A model generated the notes under the pieces. The model was not told the DNA's origin and did no database searches. It was given only the letters and a program-made list of their open reading frames with translations. The translations under genes and the position numbers were made by a program. 50,414 nucleotides of DNA from Candidatus Obscuribacteraceae bacterium (GTDB lineage: Bacteria > Cyanobacteriota > Vampirovibrionia > Obscuribacterales > Obscuribacteraceae): contig JBGASG010000016.1 in NCBI GenBank assembly GCA_044229845.1, forward strand, positions 1-50,414, written 5' to 3'. Positions 1 to 10,100 of the stretch are shown piece after piece; positions within the stretch are counted from its first letter, which is position 1; the number at the start of each line of letters is the position of its first letter.

Positions 1-104
1 TGGCCGCACAGAACATCGCGAAGAAATGGACCATGCCGCTGCGGGACTGGGGCGCAGCAATGAATCAATTTTCAATAGAGTTCGCAGGAAGGATCGCGCC
101 GTGA
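1..104 (+). CDS. IS256-family transposase, C-terminal end (partial, runs off window)
   Basis: Frame from nt 3 reads AAQNIAKKWTMPLRDWGAAMNQFSIEFAGRIAP*, matching the typical IS256 C-terminal motif (N.xKKWTMPxRxWxxAxNQF). Confidence 0.88.
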   Translation, partial: AAQNIAKKWTMPLRDWGAAMNQFSIEFAGRIAP

Positions 105-137
105 CTCAACCTTTGACACAAATCGATTGACAGATCC
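1..137 (+). mobile_element. Right end of an IS256-family element with terminal inverted repeat (~112-137)
   Basis: TTTGACACAAATCGATTGACAGATCC just after the transposase stop; reverse complement starts GGATCTGTCAA...TGTGTCA, resembling IS256-family ends. The exact boundary is inferred. Confidence 0.7.
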
Positions 138-324
138 TTTTATCAAGCCATCCGCGACTTTCACTGCGTCCGATGCGTTTCACGAGGCAATCAAGTTTGA
201 ATACGATGGCTCTGTGCGCGGGGTGTATTACGATGATCCTGGAACCTCCACGCCCGCGCTGAAAACCCTCGGGGCGCTGATCAAGAAATACGATAGTTCC
301 CGTCCTAAGGAAGCGTCTCCATAA
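138..324 (+). pseudogene. Possible 3' remnant of a gene interrupted by the IS256 element
   Basis: The open frame (…FHEAIKFEYDGSVRGVYYDDPG…) has its annotated start codon inside the IS end and looks protein-like. Confidence 0.35.
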
Positions 325-418
325 CACTGGGTTTCGACAATTGTCTATGATGCGTAGCGGCAACGGACGGTATACTAAGGAATCTCGGCCAATACAAAAC
401 ACAAAGAGCCCACCAAGC

Positions 419-823
419 ATGAAGCAAACTGTCTTCCTGATTGCGGTGGTTGTCGCCGCAACTCATTGCGCTGCTGCTTTCGCCGATGTGCCGTATCTCG
501 CGGACACATCGACGAAGCCGTTCCTAGCCTCACAGGTAGTCTCCGTCATCGCGGGAATGGTGGCAGTTGCCACCGGCAACAAGGCTCGAATTTTATTGGT
601 ATCTTCCATAGCAGTTTTTGTGGTGGCAATTGTCCTGCCTCAGATTGCGGTGTATTCCGAGCCGCCTCCCGAGTTGTTGTATTTGCGTGCCCTTGCGAAC
701 GAGCGACTCGGGAATGCGGCTGCCGCTGCGTCTGATCGTGCCAACTTGGCGCTCATCGCGTATCAACCTGAACCCACGTTGGCAAAGCATTTTGCGTTGC
801 ATGCATTGAGTAAGGCGAAATAG
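419..823 (+). CDS. Hypothetical membrane protein with signal peptide
   Basis: ORF 341..823; ATG at 419 gives MKQTVFLIAVVVAATHCAAAFA (signal-like) followed by two hydrophobic segments. Confidence 0.65.
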   Translation: MKQTVFLIAVVVAATHCAAAFADVPYLADTSTKPFLASQVVSVIAGMVAVATGNKARILLVSSIAVFVVAIVLPQIAVYSEPPPELLYLRALANERLGNAAAAASDRANLALIAYQPEPTLAKHFALHALSKAK

Positions 824-841
824 AAAACACAGGAGTCTGAT

Positions 842-1717
842 ATGAAACTTCTTCGCATTGTCTGGTCCTTGTCGCTCGTACTTCCGGCTGTTATGGCTAT
901 GACCGCAGGTCAGGTACTCGCAGAACAAACATTCACGGTCGGACAACATGTGACGTTTCAGGATAATTGGAATCGCTACGGTGGTGGCACCATATCTGCC
1001 GTTGTAATCCAGGACCGCGGGCCCGGATTCGTCAGCCGCTATACCGTTCGTATCGACAAGAAGGTTGAAGCCGCATTTCAAGAAAATTCCTTCAAGGGAG
1101 ATGAACTTGAGGCACTCGGTCCGGCACCAGCCGCTCAAGGACAGGCAGCTGCCCCGTCACCAAATCCAGCGGCGCAGCAAGCCGCACAACCAATGCCACA
1201 ACAAGCCGCGCCGCCAGCCGCAAATCCCGCTGCCCGTCCGGCCGCGGGCAATGCCCATAATGCCGGACACTGGGGCAATCCGCCGCCCCCTCCACGCGGC
1301 AGTTTTAGATATGGGAAGCCCAACCTGCAAACTATGATCGGGCGTAAGGCAACGGTGCCACCAGGCTCTCAAGAATATTTTGTAGGGACACCTCCCGGTG
1401 ACGAGTCTTGCATCGGTCGCTGGTACACGCGCACTGGTGGCACGTGGACAGCCGCTCCAGGAAACAAGGGCGACGCCTACGACAAGCTCATTTGGGGCAA
1501 CCCGGAAGTTTCGGAACTGATCAACGTATTGCCCAACGGCACCTGGGAGATGAACGACCACGGCACCGTCACGAGAGGCAAGTGGTACGACATCGGATTC
1601 AACGCTATTCGATTGATCAACATGGATGACGGCTGTGATTGGACTGCGTCGGTTTACGACAAGATGATCCAGTTCAAAGGCTATAACGGTATCACCAAGG
1701 AAGGCAACCGCTACTAA
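842..1717 (+). CDS. Secreted protein: small beta (SH3/Tudor-like) domain, Pro/Ala/Gln linker, Trp/Gly-rich beta C-terminal domain
   Basis: AGGAG RBS upstream; signal peptide ending VLA-E; FTVGQHV…YTVRID; linker PAPAAQGQAAAPSPNPAAQQ. Confidence 0.8.
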   Translation: MKLLRIVWSLSLVLPAVMAMTAGQVLAEQTFTVGQHVTFQDNWNRYGGGTISAVVIQDRGPGFVSRYTVRIDKKVEAAFQENSFKGDELEALGPAPAAQGQAAAPSPNPAAQQAAQPMPQQAAPPAANPAARPAAGNAHNAGHWGNPPPPPRGSFRYGKPNLQTMIGRKATVPPGSQEYFVGTPPGDESCIGRWYTRTGGTWTAAPGNKGDAYDKLIWGNPEVSELINVLPNGTWEMNDHGTVTRGKWYDIGFNAIRLINMDDGCDWTASVYDKMIQFKGYNGITKEGNRY

Positions 1718-1983
1718 GATTGATCTGATGGACATTATGTCTGCACTTCTAAGTCAGGCAGCTTATGCAGAGACCTTTCGAACCGCCGTACATTGGGCTT
1801 CCTGATGCCCGACCACCGTCTGACGGTGATGCTGGATAAGAGAATCAGCGCATTGAAGAAGAACACCGATCGAGACGAACTAATCAAGATCGACCTCAGT
1901 GTACCGGTCGACATGTCAGCAGGATAGTATATGTGCATGATATAGGCTACACGCTTTTGGTCGCCGCGACCAGGGAGACACAC

Positions 1984-3138
1984 ATGTACTTTACCGATGA
2001 TTCACTGCTGCCGGAAAACCAGGATCCATTGATCATCACGGCGGCGCCGTATGGTCCTGTTTGGATTCCATCGGATTACCCGGAAGACATCGCCGTCACT
2101 TGGGATCAGCAAGTGCAGAAAGCCGTGGATTGCTACAACGCCGGCGCGACCATTCTGCACATCCACGTGCGCGACCCGAAGACCGGTCACATTTCCAAAG
2201 ACTTCAGCGAATACGGGCAATTGATCGGTCGCATCCGCGAAGCGGTGCCAAAGATGGTTTTGCAAGTCGGTGGCTCAATCTCGTTTTCTCCACCGGACGA
2301 CCATACCAAGGCGCAGTGGCAGGGCTACGACACTCGGCACATGCTAGCTGAACTTGATCCGAAACCTGATCAGGTTACCGTGGCAATTGGTTCTTGCCAG
2401 TGGGACATCACTTCGTTGACCACGATGGACGACTGGGCCGGAACCCACGTCGCAACCGAAGAAATGCTGTGGGCATTCTCGAATATGGTGGTCGATGCCA
2501 CACCTGATTTCTACATCGAGCACCTCAAGCGTTTGAAACTGCACGGCATTCAGCCGTACTTCGCGCTTGGACATATTCACAGTCTCGAAATTGTGGAGCG
2601 TCTCATCCGCAGAGGACTGTACATGGGTCCGGTAAACGGATTCTTCAGCATGGGCGGCGGCGGATCGTGCGGTGCCAATCCGTTCGACTGGATGGAACTC
2701 GTTCGTAGAACGCCGCACGGATCTGTTTTCACCTATCAATCTGTACATCGGCTTTCGCATCCGCTGGCGGCAATCATGATCGCGCTCGGGCAACACACGC
2801 GCGCCGGTATCGAAGAAAACTTGTGGGACACCACAAAAGGGAAACGTTTGACGACCCTTCAACAGATAGAAAGACACGTGCGACTCGCCAACGAATTGGG
2901 ACGCAAGGTTGCCACCGCGGACGATGCTCGCCGCATTCTCAAGATTGGGCAATGGTACAACTCTGTTGAAGAAACCCTGCAAAACCTCGGTCTGCCGCCT
3001 AATCGCAAAGCTGGTCAAACCGGATTTATCGGCTATCCTGCAACGGATGGAAAACTTCGTACAACACAGTTCTCCGGCTCTGACGGACACCCTCTGGCTG
3101 GCGATGTTGAACGGGCTAAGGAAACAGCAACCCGGTAG
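1984..3138 (+). CDS. Beta-keto acid cleavage enzyme (BKACE / DUF849, 3-keto-5-aminohexanoate cleavage family)
   Basis: LIITAAPYGP, AGATILHIHVRD (Zn-binding HxH) and HTRAGIEENL motifs; AGGGAGA RBS before ATG 1984 (ORF track starts at 1933). Confidence 0.92.
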   Translation: MYFTDDSLLPENQDPLIITAAPYGPVWIPSDYPEDIAVTWDQQVQKAVDCYNAGATILHIHVRDPKTGHISKDFSEYGQLIGRIREAVPKMVLQVGGSISFSPPDDHTKAQWQGYDTRHMLAELDPKPDQVTVAIGSCQWDITSLTTMDDWAGTHVATEEMLWAFSNMVVDATPDFYIEHLKRLKLHGIQPYFALGHIHSLEIVERLIRRGLYMGPVNGFFSMGGGGSCGANPFDWMELVRRTPHGSVFTYQSVHRLSHPLAAIMIALGQHTRAGIEENLWDTTKGKRLTTLQQIERHVRLANELGRKVATADDARRILKIGQWYNSVEETLQNLGLPPNRKAGQTGFIGYPATDGKLRTTQFSGSDGHPLAGDVERAKETATR

Positions 3139-3143
3139 CGCCA

Positions 3144-4136
3144 TCACAGGTGGTTGTCTGTCAGAAACTCTTGCACCGTGTCGAAGTACTCATTTCCTTT
3201 TCCAAAGGAACCGTGATCGCCTTGAGGTAGAATCAGAAGCCTCTTTGGCTCCGTTGCGGCCGCAAAGAGATCTCTCGCGTTCTGGCAAAGAATCATTCGA
3301 TCGTTCAATCCATGGATGATCAGCAGAGGCGGGTGAGGTTTGCTGAAGACCTGTTCGTTATCCATCATTTGAGCCGGAAACCATGAGTCAGGATAGAGTC
3401 TCAACCAGGGCATCAAATCTCGACTTGCTCTAAGCAGCGAGGAGAATCCTGATTGCAGAATTACGCCTCCGACTTTTCGATGCTCAACGAGCTGTCCTGT
3501 TACACCGGTTCCAAGAGACTCGCCATATGCAATGATGTGCTTCGGGTCAACTCGCTCATGCTCGACCAGGTAATCGAAGGCTCCTACGGCGTCATCACAA
3601 ACTCCATCAAGGGACGGAACTCCCTCACTTTGACCGTAGCCTCTGTAGTTATAGATCAGCACTGAGCCGTGACAATGCAAAAGCATCCGCACCATACCGG
3701 GGCGATTGTACAGGCTGCCACCCTTGCCGCCGCTCACCAAAAAGGTCCGTTGTGTCCCGGGCAGTTTAAAGAACCACCCGCGAATGAGTGTGCCGTCGCT
3801 CGAGTGGAAACTGATTTCCCTCCGCGTCACGCCGAAACAACTCTCGATTTCCTTCCATGGTCCCGCCGAACCCAGGTTGTGCCCAGGCTGGAAGAGCACC
3901 GAATTATAAAGCGGCCACGCAACCGGTGGAGCTAATGCGAAATAAGCCACCGCCAGCAGCGAGGCCGACAGCGTCATTACTCTAAGTACTGTTCTTAATC
4001 TCATAAGAACCAGAATAGTGCGTTCCGCAATGCGGTTGTGTGCCGCCGACGAACAGTTCATTAAGTGTTTGCGATCAACGAGCCGGAAGATGGTCGCCGC
4101 GCATATGGTGCCGAGCAGTGCCCGCGCCACAATCAA
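3144..4136 (-). CDS. Alpha/beta hydrolase (YfhR/ABHD-like) with N-terminal membrane anchor; true start probably near 4004
   Basis: YNYRGYGQSEG, GESLG nucleophile elbow, IIHGLNDRMI (Asp), GDH (His). Confidence 0.9.
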   Translation of the reverse strand: MIVARALLGTICAATIFRLVDRKHLMNCSSAAHNRIAERTILVLMRLRTVLRVMTLSASLLAVAYFALAPPVAWPLYNSVLFQPGHNLGSAGPWKEIESCFGVTRREISFHSSDGTLIRGWFFKLPGTQRTFLVSGGKGGSLYNRPGMVRMLLHCHGSVLIYNYRGYGQSEGVPSLDGVCDDAVGAFDYLVEHERVDPKHIIAYGESLGTGVTGQLVEHRKVGGVILQSGFSSLLRASRDLMPWLRLYPDSWFPAQMMDNEQVFSKPHPPLLIIHGLNDRMILCQNARDLFAAATEPKRLLILPQGDHGSFGKGNEYFDTVQEFLTDNHL

Positions 4137-4188
4137 GAGATGTTCGCGTTTTCCAAATACATCAAGGTTTGAGAAACGCGTGCGCGAA

Positions 4189-7100
4189 TCAATGAAACGA
4201 GATGCTGCGCTCTTTCGTTTTACGCTGGACTTGCTTCATCACGAAGAACGTTTCCAATTCCGCTTGCGTACCTTCGTATTGGCTGAATTCTAGGTGACGC
4301 AGCCGTATGTGCGCATCATCTAGAACGGTGCTCAAGTTTTCACGCAACCGATCGTCATACAATTGATAGTTGTCGCTGTTCAGCGTCCAGCCGTCTATCT
4401 GCATCATGTGAAGCAGACCTTTCAGTTCCAGGCGTGTAAGCATCACATTGCTGCGAGGCATCTCCGGAACTATCACTCCTTCGGCTCTCAGTTTATTCGT
4501 GTGTTCGAGGAGCATTGCCATCCATTGCTCGCGTTGACCTTTTTGAATAGCCAGTCCGAATTCCGGGTTGGTTTGCAGCAAGTCGGTGAACACAGCGTCC
4601 CGCTTGTCAAAGTTCTCTCCCAGAAGATCATAACCGTAGATTTCCGTTCTGAAAGTCGGGTCCTTTTCGTCGGCCAGTCTCTTAAGAAATGCGTCCGGAT
4701 CATCACCGAAAAGCTCCTCCTTGCACAGACGCGGCAACTCGCTAATCTGCTTTTGCACAATCGCCATCGTTTCAGAATAGTCTCTTCCTTCTTTGAAGCT
4801 TTTGCGCAGCTTGTCAGCGCGGGCGTAAGCAGTGTCCTTCTTCAAGAGCTTAGCATCGAGGTTGACGCGCTCTTCGATCCACTTGCGATTGTCTGCACGA
4901 GAAAATACTGAGGTGGCCCAACCGAGTTCGGTCGATCTGTCGCCAGAGGAATTTTTGCCTGTCGCCTCCAGATATGCCTTCACGATATCGTACTGAACCT
5001 TGATGTTGGAGAGCGCCGCCATCCGCTCTGCAGGCGGTACTCTTTGCAGCAAGTCGACGGCGGTGGCATTCAGCATCGCCTTGTCCTGCTCGGCATGGAA
5101 GAACTCGTGATAAACGACTCCGATGAACTCAGGGTCGGGTCGAAGCAAATCGCTGCTGCGCACAAATATTGTGTTGGTGCCTGCCAGGTGAGTGGCGCGC
5201 GCGTTCATCTGAATCAATAACTTGTCATTCACAACTATATTTATCGGCGGCATTCCAAGCTTGTGCTCGTGTCCGAAGTCGCTTACTAGCTGTGCCAATT
5301 CTGGAGTCCGTTTTTTCAGCACCGCCTCGACGATGGCGCTATCTTCCATTTGACTGATGGCGGGCCACTTTTTCATCACCTCATAACTGCGGCTGATGAA
5401 GTCATCCGCCACCTCATCTCTAATTAGTGGATGGTCGATTATTGTTTCTGTGCCGTCCTCTTTTATCACGCGCTCACGCAGTCTAAGTTTGCCTTCCAGA
5501 AATGTTTTGAGCTGCTGCTCGCTCAAGTTGGAGATGTCGATGGGCTTTCCGGTATCTCCCTCCTGGTTCAACATCGGATTGGCGGTGCGTTTGTACTCTT
5601 CGAGCATCGCCTCCTCATCAGCGGTGCGAGGCAGCCTTTCACCGCTCAGCATCTGACGCGTCTTGCACTCTTTGAGAGACTCTTCTGCCGCAGCTTTCCA
5701 CTGCTCAACAGTCATTCCAGGCTCATACTTCGCGACGCCGACTGCAAAAGAAACTGGAATCTCCAATTTGCGTTGTCCAAAGACCTCTAGCGCTTTGCCG
5801 GTCAGTCCATCGAGGTTAACCTCACGCAATTCAGAAATGGATTCGATTGGTCTGATACCATCTGGTCCGACTGCCAGTAAGAATTCGCCGGCCGCATTTA
5901 GCAATCTCGACACATCGTTGGCATGTCGGGCAACAATGAGCGCGGCCAGACCCTGCGATCCCACTAAGTCTCCCTGCCGCGTTATTTTCCGAACATGGTC
6001 TCCTTCGTACATCAAGACATCGTCCCCAGTTGCGTGTCCCGCACCGTCATTTGCGAGCTTGAAGTGGTTGGGATCAAGTTTCACGAGTGTCGGTTGTAGC
6101 TGGTGACGGTTCGCGTGGGCAACTTCCTTTTCAAGGGCTATATCGGTGTAGAACTCCGTCAAAAGCTTGTGAGCCGGATGTTCTACCGCGAATCTTTCGA
6201 AGAACTTGTGACCCTCGATCAGGACTTGTTTGTACGTTCGTATCTCCGCATCGTTCAGCTTGCGTGATCTGAAGTCTTTCGAGCGCTCGTTCAGTTCTCG
6301 ATAGAAGCCGAGTTGATTCTCTCTCTCTCGTTGAGCTGGAGTTGGTAGCTCCGCCGGTGGCAATACCGACTGGTCATAGAGAATTTGATTGCTGTGGCCC
6401 GCTTGCTTGTTCATGTACATAGCCTTGTCGGACGCTTCGATAAATTCGGACACTGACTGACCAGGCTTCCAATAGACAGCACCAACTGTGACGGTGACCA
6501 TGTTGCCTTTTATATGATTGCCCTCAGCATCCAGGACGAGATTGCCTTTGCTGTCTTTGAGGAAGGGTTCGAAGGTCTCACCGGGCTTCAATAAATAAGG
6601 ATCGTGGCCCGGATAGGCGACGCATTTCAACTCAGCAACCGGGCGCCCAACTGCTGCAGGATCGAGACAGTCCCTGAGGATTGTCACGTACTCGTCGCCG
6701 CCGAAGCGTCCGAATGTGTCCTCAGTGCGAGTGCGCGCTTGAATGGTTTCGGAGATTAGTTTGAGAACCTTGTCGCCCTGCTCCTTGCCTTGAGCCGCGT
6801 TGAGGTCGCCCAGTTTGGTGACGTCCTTGAAGAGCAGGCAAGGCGGTTTGTACTTGACGAAACGATTGCCTGCCTCGTCCACGCCCATAATGGTGCCGTC
6901 TTCCTCAATAGGTCCGCGGCGCTTGTATTCCTCGATGTAATCGAGAAGCTGGCGCTGAATGCCCGGTTTGTTCGGCGCGCCGGTAGCCGGATCGATTTCC
7001 GCTTTGTTCTGCGCCGTCCTGAATTTTTGCTCCCAGTAATGAACTGGAACATCCCGCACTATCTCCACACCCAACTTGCCGGCGTAGGAGCCGGCGGTCA

Positions 7101-10100
7101 CCACAGGCGCGGTCAGCGCGCTGTCTAAGGCGGCTTGCTGCATGTCTGCGAAGATGTTGTAGTAGTTGCCGTGCCGCGCCATGAATTCGTCGGACACTAT
7201 CTCGACTGGCAGCCTGGTTTTTCCGGACACTCGCATTCGCTCAGCCTGCACTGCCTGTGGTGCCGCATCGAGCCCACCGTAGAAGAAGTTGTTGACGGCG
7301 TTGGTCGGCAGGTGCTCCGCCATGTGTTCTCCGAATCGGCCGAGCGGACTGGTCATGTGCCACTGCGGGACAAACGGTGTGCCTCCGGCTTTTTGCACAG
7401 CCAGAAGCTGCGGCTCGGTCAGTTTGCCCCAGCTCGTCAGTCCGCGCATCGTTGCACTGGCGTACTCGCCACCGAGCATCCAGGTGCTGCTCATCATCCA
7501 GTTTTGCACAGTAAACTCAGAAGATTGCGGTTCGCGCAGTGCGTGCGCGCCCATGAACAGAGTCGATTGCATCATCGCGTTGGTAGGTCTGACCAATCCC
7601 GGCACCACATCGGCGACGAATCTGTTTCTGGACATGACGTCGACTGTGCGGCTCAGCATCGTGTATCTGGCTAACATCTCTGCCTGCTGCGGTGTCAGCG
7701 TCCCGGCGACTTTCGCTGCCTTCAGCGCTTGCAACTCTTTGCCGAGTTGGGCGAGTCTGCCGCCGCCTGCCATTGCCAGCGCTTCCATGCCTCCGGAGAG
7801 CACGTTCATCCCGTCTTGCGAAAACGTGTTTTGTTCGCGGTGCCGCACCATCCCCGACACCAGTCCGCCACCGACCACGCTCACTCCCAGTTCGGTGCCG
7901 ACGGCGGTCATTCCGGTCAAGCCGGCGGCGCTGACTGCGGAGCCCGCACCAGCTGTCACTATCGACACCAGAGTGATCACCGCCACGTTGTCTGCCTGCT
8001 TTTGCGTCTGCGTCGCTTCGCCGGCACGCTTCAGAACATCTTGCGACGAAACATTCATGTCGTTGCAGAACCGGTCGAGCGCGACGGTGTTGTGGTCGAG
8101 ATGGTTGTTGGTGATTTTGAGTTCCAGTCCGTCACCGAAGAGCTGGCTCACTTCTTTGTTGGCGGCGCCCATCTCTTTCTCAATCGTGGAAAGAATGGCA
8201 TCCATCTGTCCTTCTTGATCGCCTTTATACCAGTTGGCGGTGGTGCCGAGGACCCAGGACTTCTCGCGGAAGTACTGCATATTGCCGTTTTCGGCGGCGT
8301 CTTTAGCGCGGCGCATTTCTTGGATCACCTGGTCGGCATCCACCAGTCCGCCGGCATTGAATCTTCCGTCTGCTTCAGTGCGGGCATGTCCTCGCCCGAA
8401 GATGCGATATTGATGATCGTCACCCGCGGTTTTGAACTCAATTACTACTTGATTCTGATTGCGCAGATCGATCTCGCGTCCATCGACCTTGATCTTGTAA
8501 TTGGGCTCCCAGCTGCCGCAGAGATCGCCTTCCACCAGCTGCCCGTCCTGCATGCTCATGCGACGCAACTTGCCTTGCTCAATTTTGAACAGGTCTTCGC
8601 CGAGCCTCATTGTGCCGTCCGTTCTCGTACACTGCTCAGCAGTCAGTTCCTTCAAGGGCAACACCGTAGGCGGTGGTTGTTTCTCCCTGTAATACTCAGC
8701 CCGAACGAATTGTCGCGGACCTCCTTCGACCAGTTCGAGGGCGGAACCGGCAGCAACTGTCCCGTCCGCATTTATTGGAATGCCTTCTTTAACTGCTTTG
8801 TCCAGCCCGTCACGATACCTGATCGTCAATTTGATCGTGCGGTCCAATGCCTGCCCGGCTTCTTCCGTTTTGGACTGATTGTGAATTTGATTGGCATAAT
8901 TCAGCTCGCTCTGCATCTTCTCCTTCAGATCGTGCTCGCTGCGAATTTGACCACCACGGGTGGTGAACCAATTTGATTCTTCTTGCTTGCCGTCTTTCTG
9001 GTACGTGAAGTGCCACACGGCACCAGGCACTTCCTTCATGTTTGAATGAATGACCTGACCGCGGGCGTCAAGAAACTTGAGACTGCCGTCGCGCGGATCG
9101 ATAGATCCGATGGCGTTGTCGGAGCCCGGTTTGTAGAGGAGGTTTTGTTTGATCTCAACCCTGGCGACGCCGTCCTTGCTTTTCGCGTCGGGCAGCCAGC
9201 CATAGCCGTCAACAGGACCCGTGATACTTTCGAGTTTGTACACGGGATGGTCCATACGGGACCGCAGACGAATCAGCGAATCATCGCCCGCCAGCAAGTT
9301 GTTGTCGCGCGCCATCTGGGAATTGAGTTTGCGCAATACGTCCGGCGTCACCACGCCGGTTGTGACTATCTCATCGTGAAGTGCGCGCGCGCGCGTCTGT
9401 GCTTTCACGGACAGGTCAATGGTGACTTTGTCTTCTTCCGTTCCGCCCGATTGTTTCACCGCCTCATCGTGCCATTGCGCAGTCAAGGCGAGGGAGTGGT
9501 TGAGGTTGATCAGTCCGCCGCCGTAGCCATCGGGTCCGTCGCCCGGTCCCAGTGAAAGTCCGCTTACCGTTCTGCCCGATGCCTGACCCTGGATGTGTAC
9601 ATCAAAGACTAGATTCGGGATGCTCCCCAGCGGTACTACCCGCGGTGGATTGCCCATGACCAGCGACCCGCCTTCCAGCCTGTCGCCCAAGTCAGCCGGC
9701 GGCACGTACTTGGCTATCTGTTCACCGGATTTGGTATCAATCACGGCCCCCAGCCTGATTGTGTATTCCATCGGCGGCAAAAGATTGCCGTTTGCATCCA
9801 GCTTTGGCTGTCCGGTCTGTGCATCTAACTGCGGAATGAATATGCGCCCCGTGGAAAGGTTATCGACGTCGAACTGCAACGGTTTGCCGTTTTGATTTCC
9901 GTTGAAGACATAGCCGTCTTTGAGAATGCTGTTGAGATCGGTCCCCGCATCTTGTCGAGGTTCTCTGTCATTTGGGAACGTCACTTTTCCGAATTCATCG
10001 ACGTGACCGATGAATTGGTTGTGTTCGTCGAACATGTTGCCGCCGACGACGAGTACTTCGCCGGAGGGAACACCATCAGGTGAGTATTGGGCAAGCACGC

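Noticed and set aside
1718..1983. Intergenic region before the BKACE gene as a riboswitch or small ORF
   Set aside because: No riboswitch consensus or convincing terminator recognised; the short ORFs have no supporting features. An Rfam scan would settle it.
7289..8976. Long plus-strand ORFs (309 and 415 aa) and similar shadow ORFs such as 12660..13676
   Set aside because: Antisense to well-supported genes in GC-rich DNA, with no recognisable motifs.
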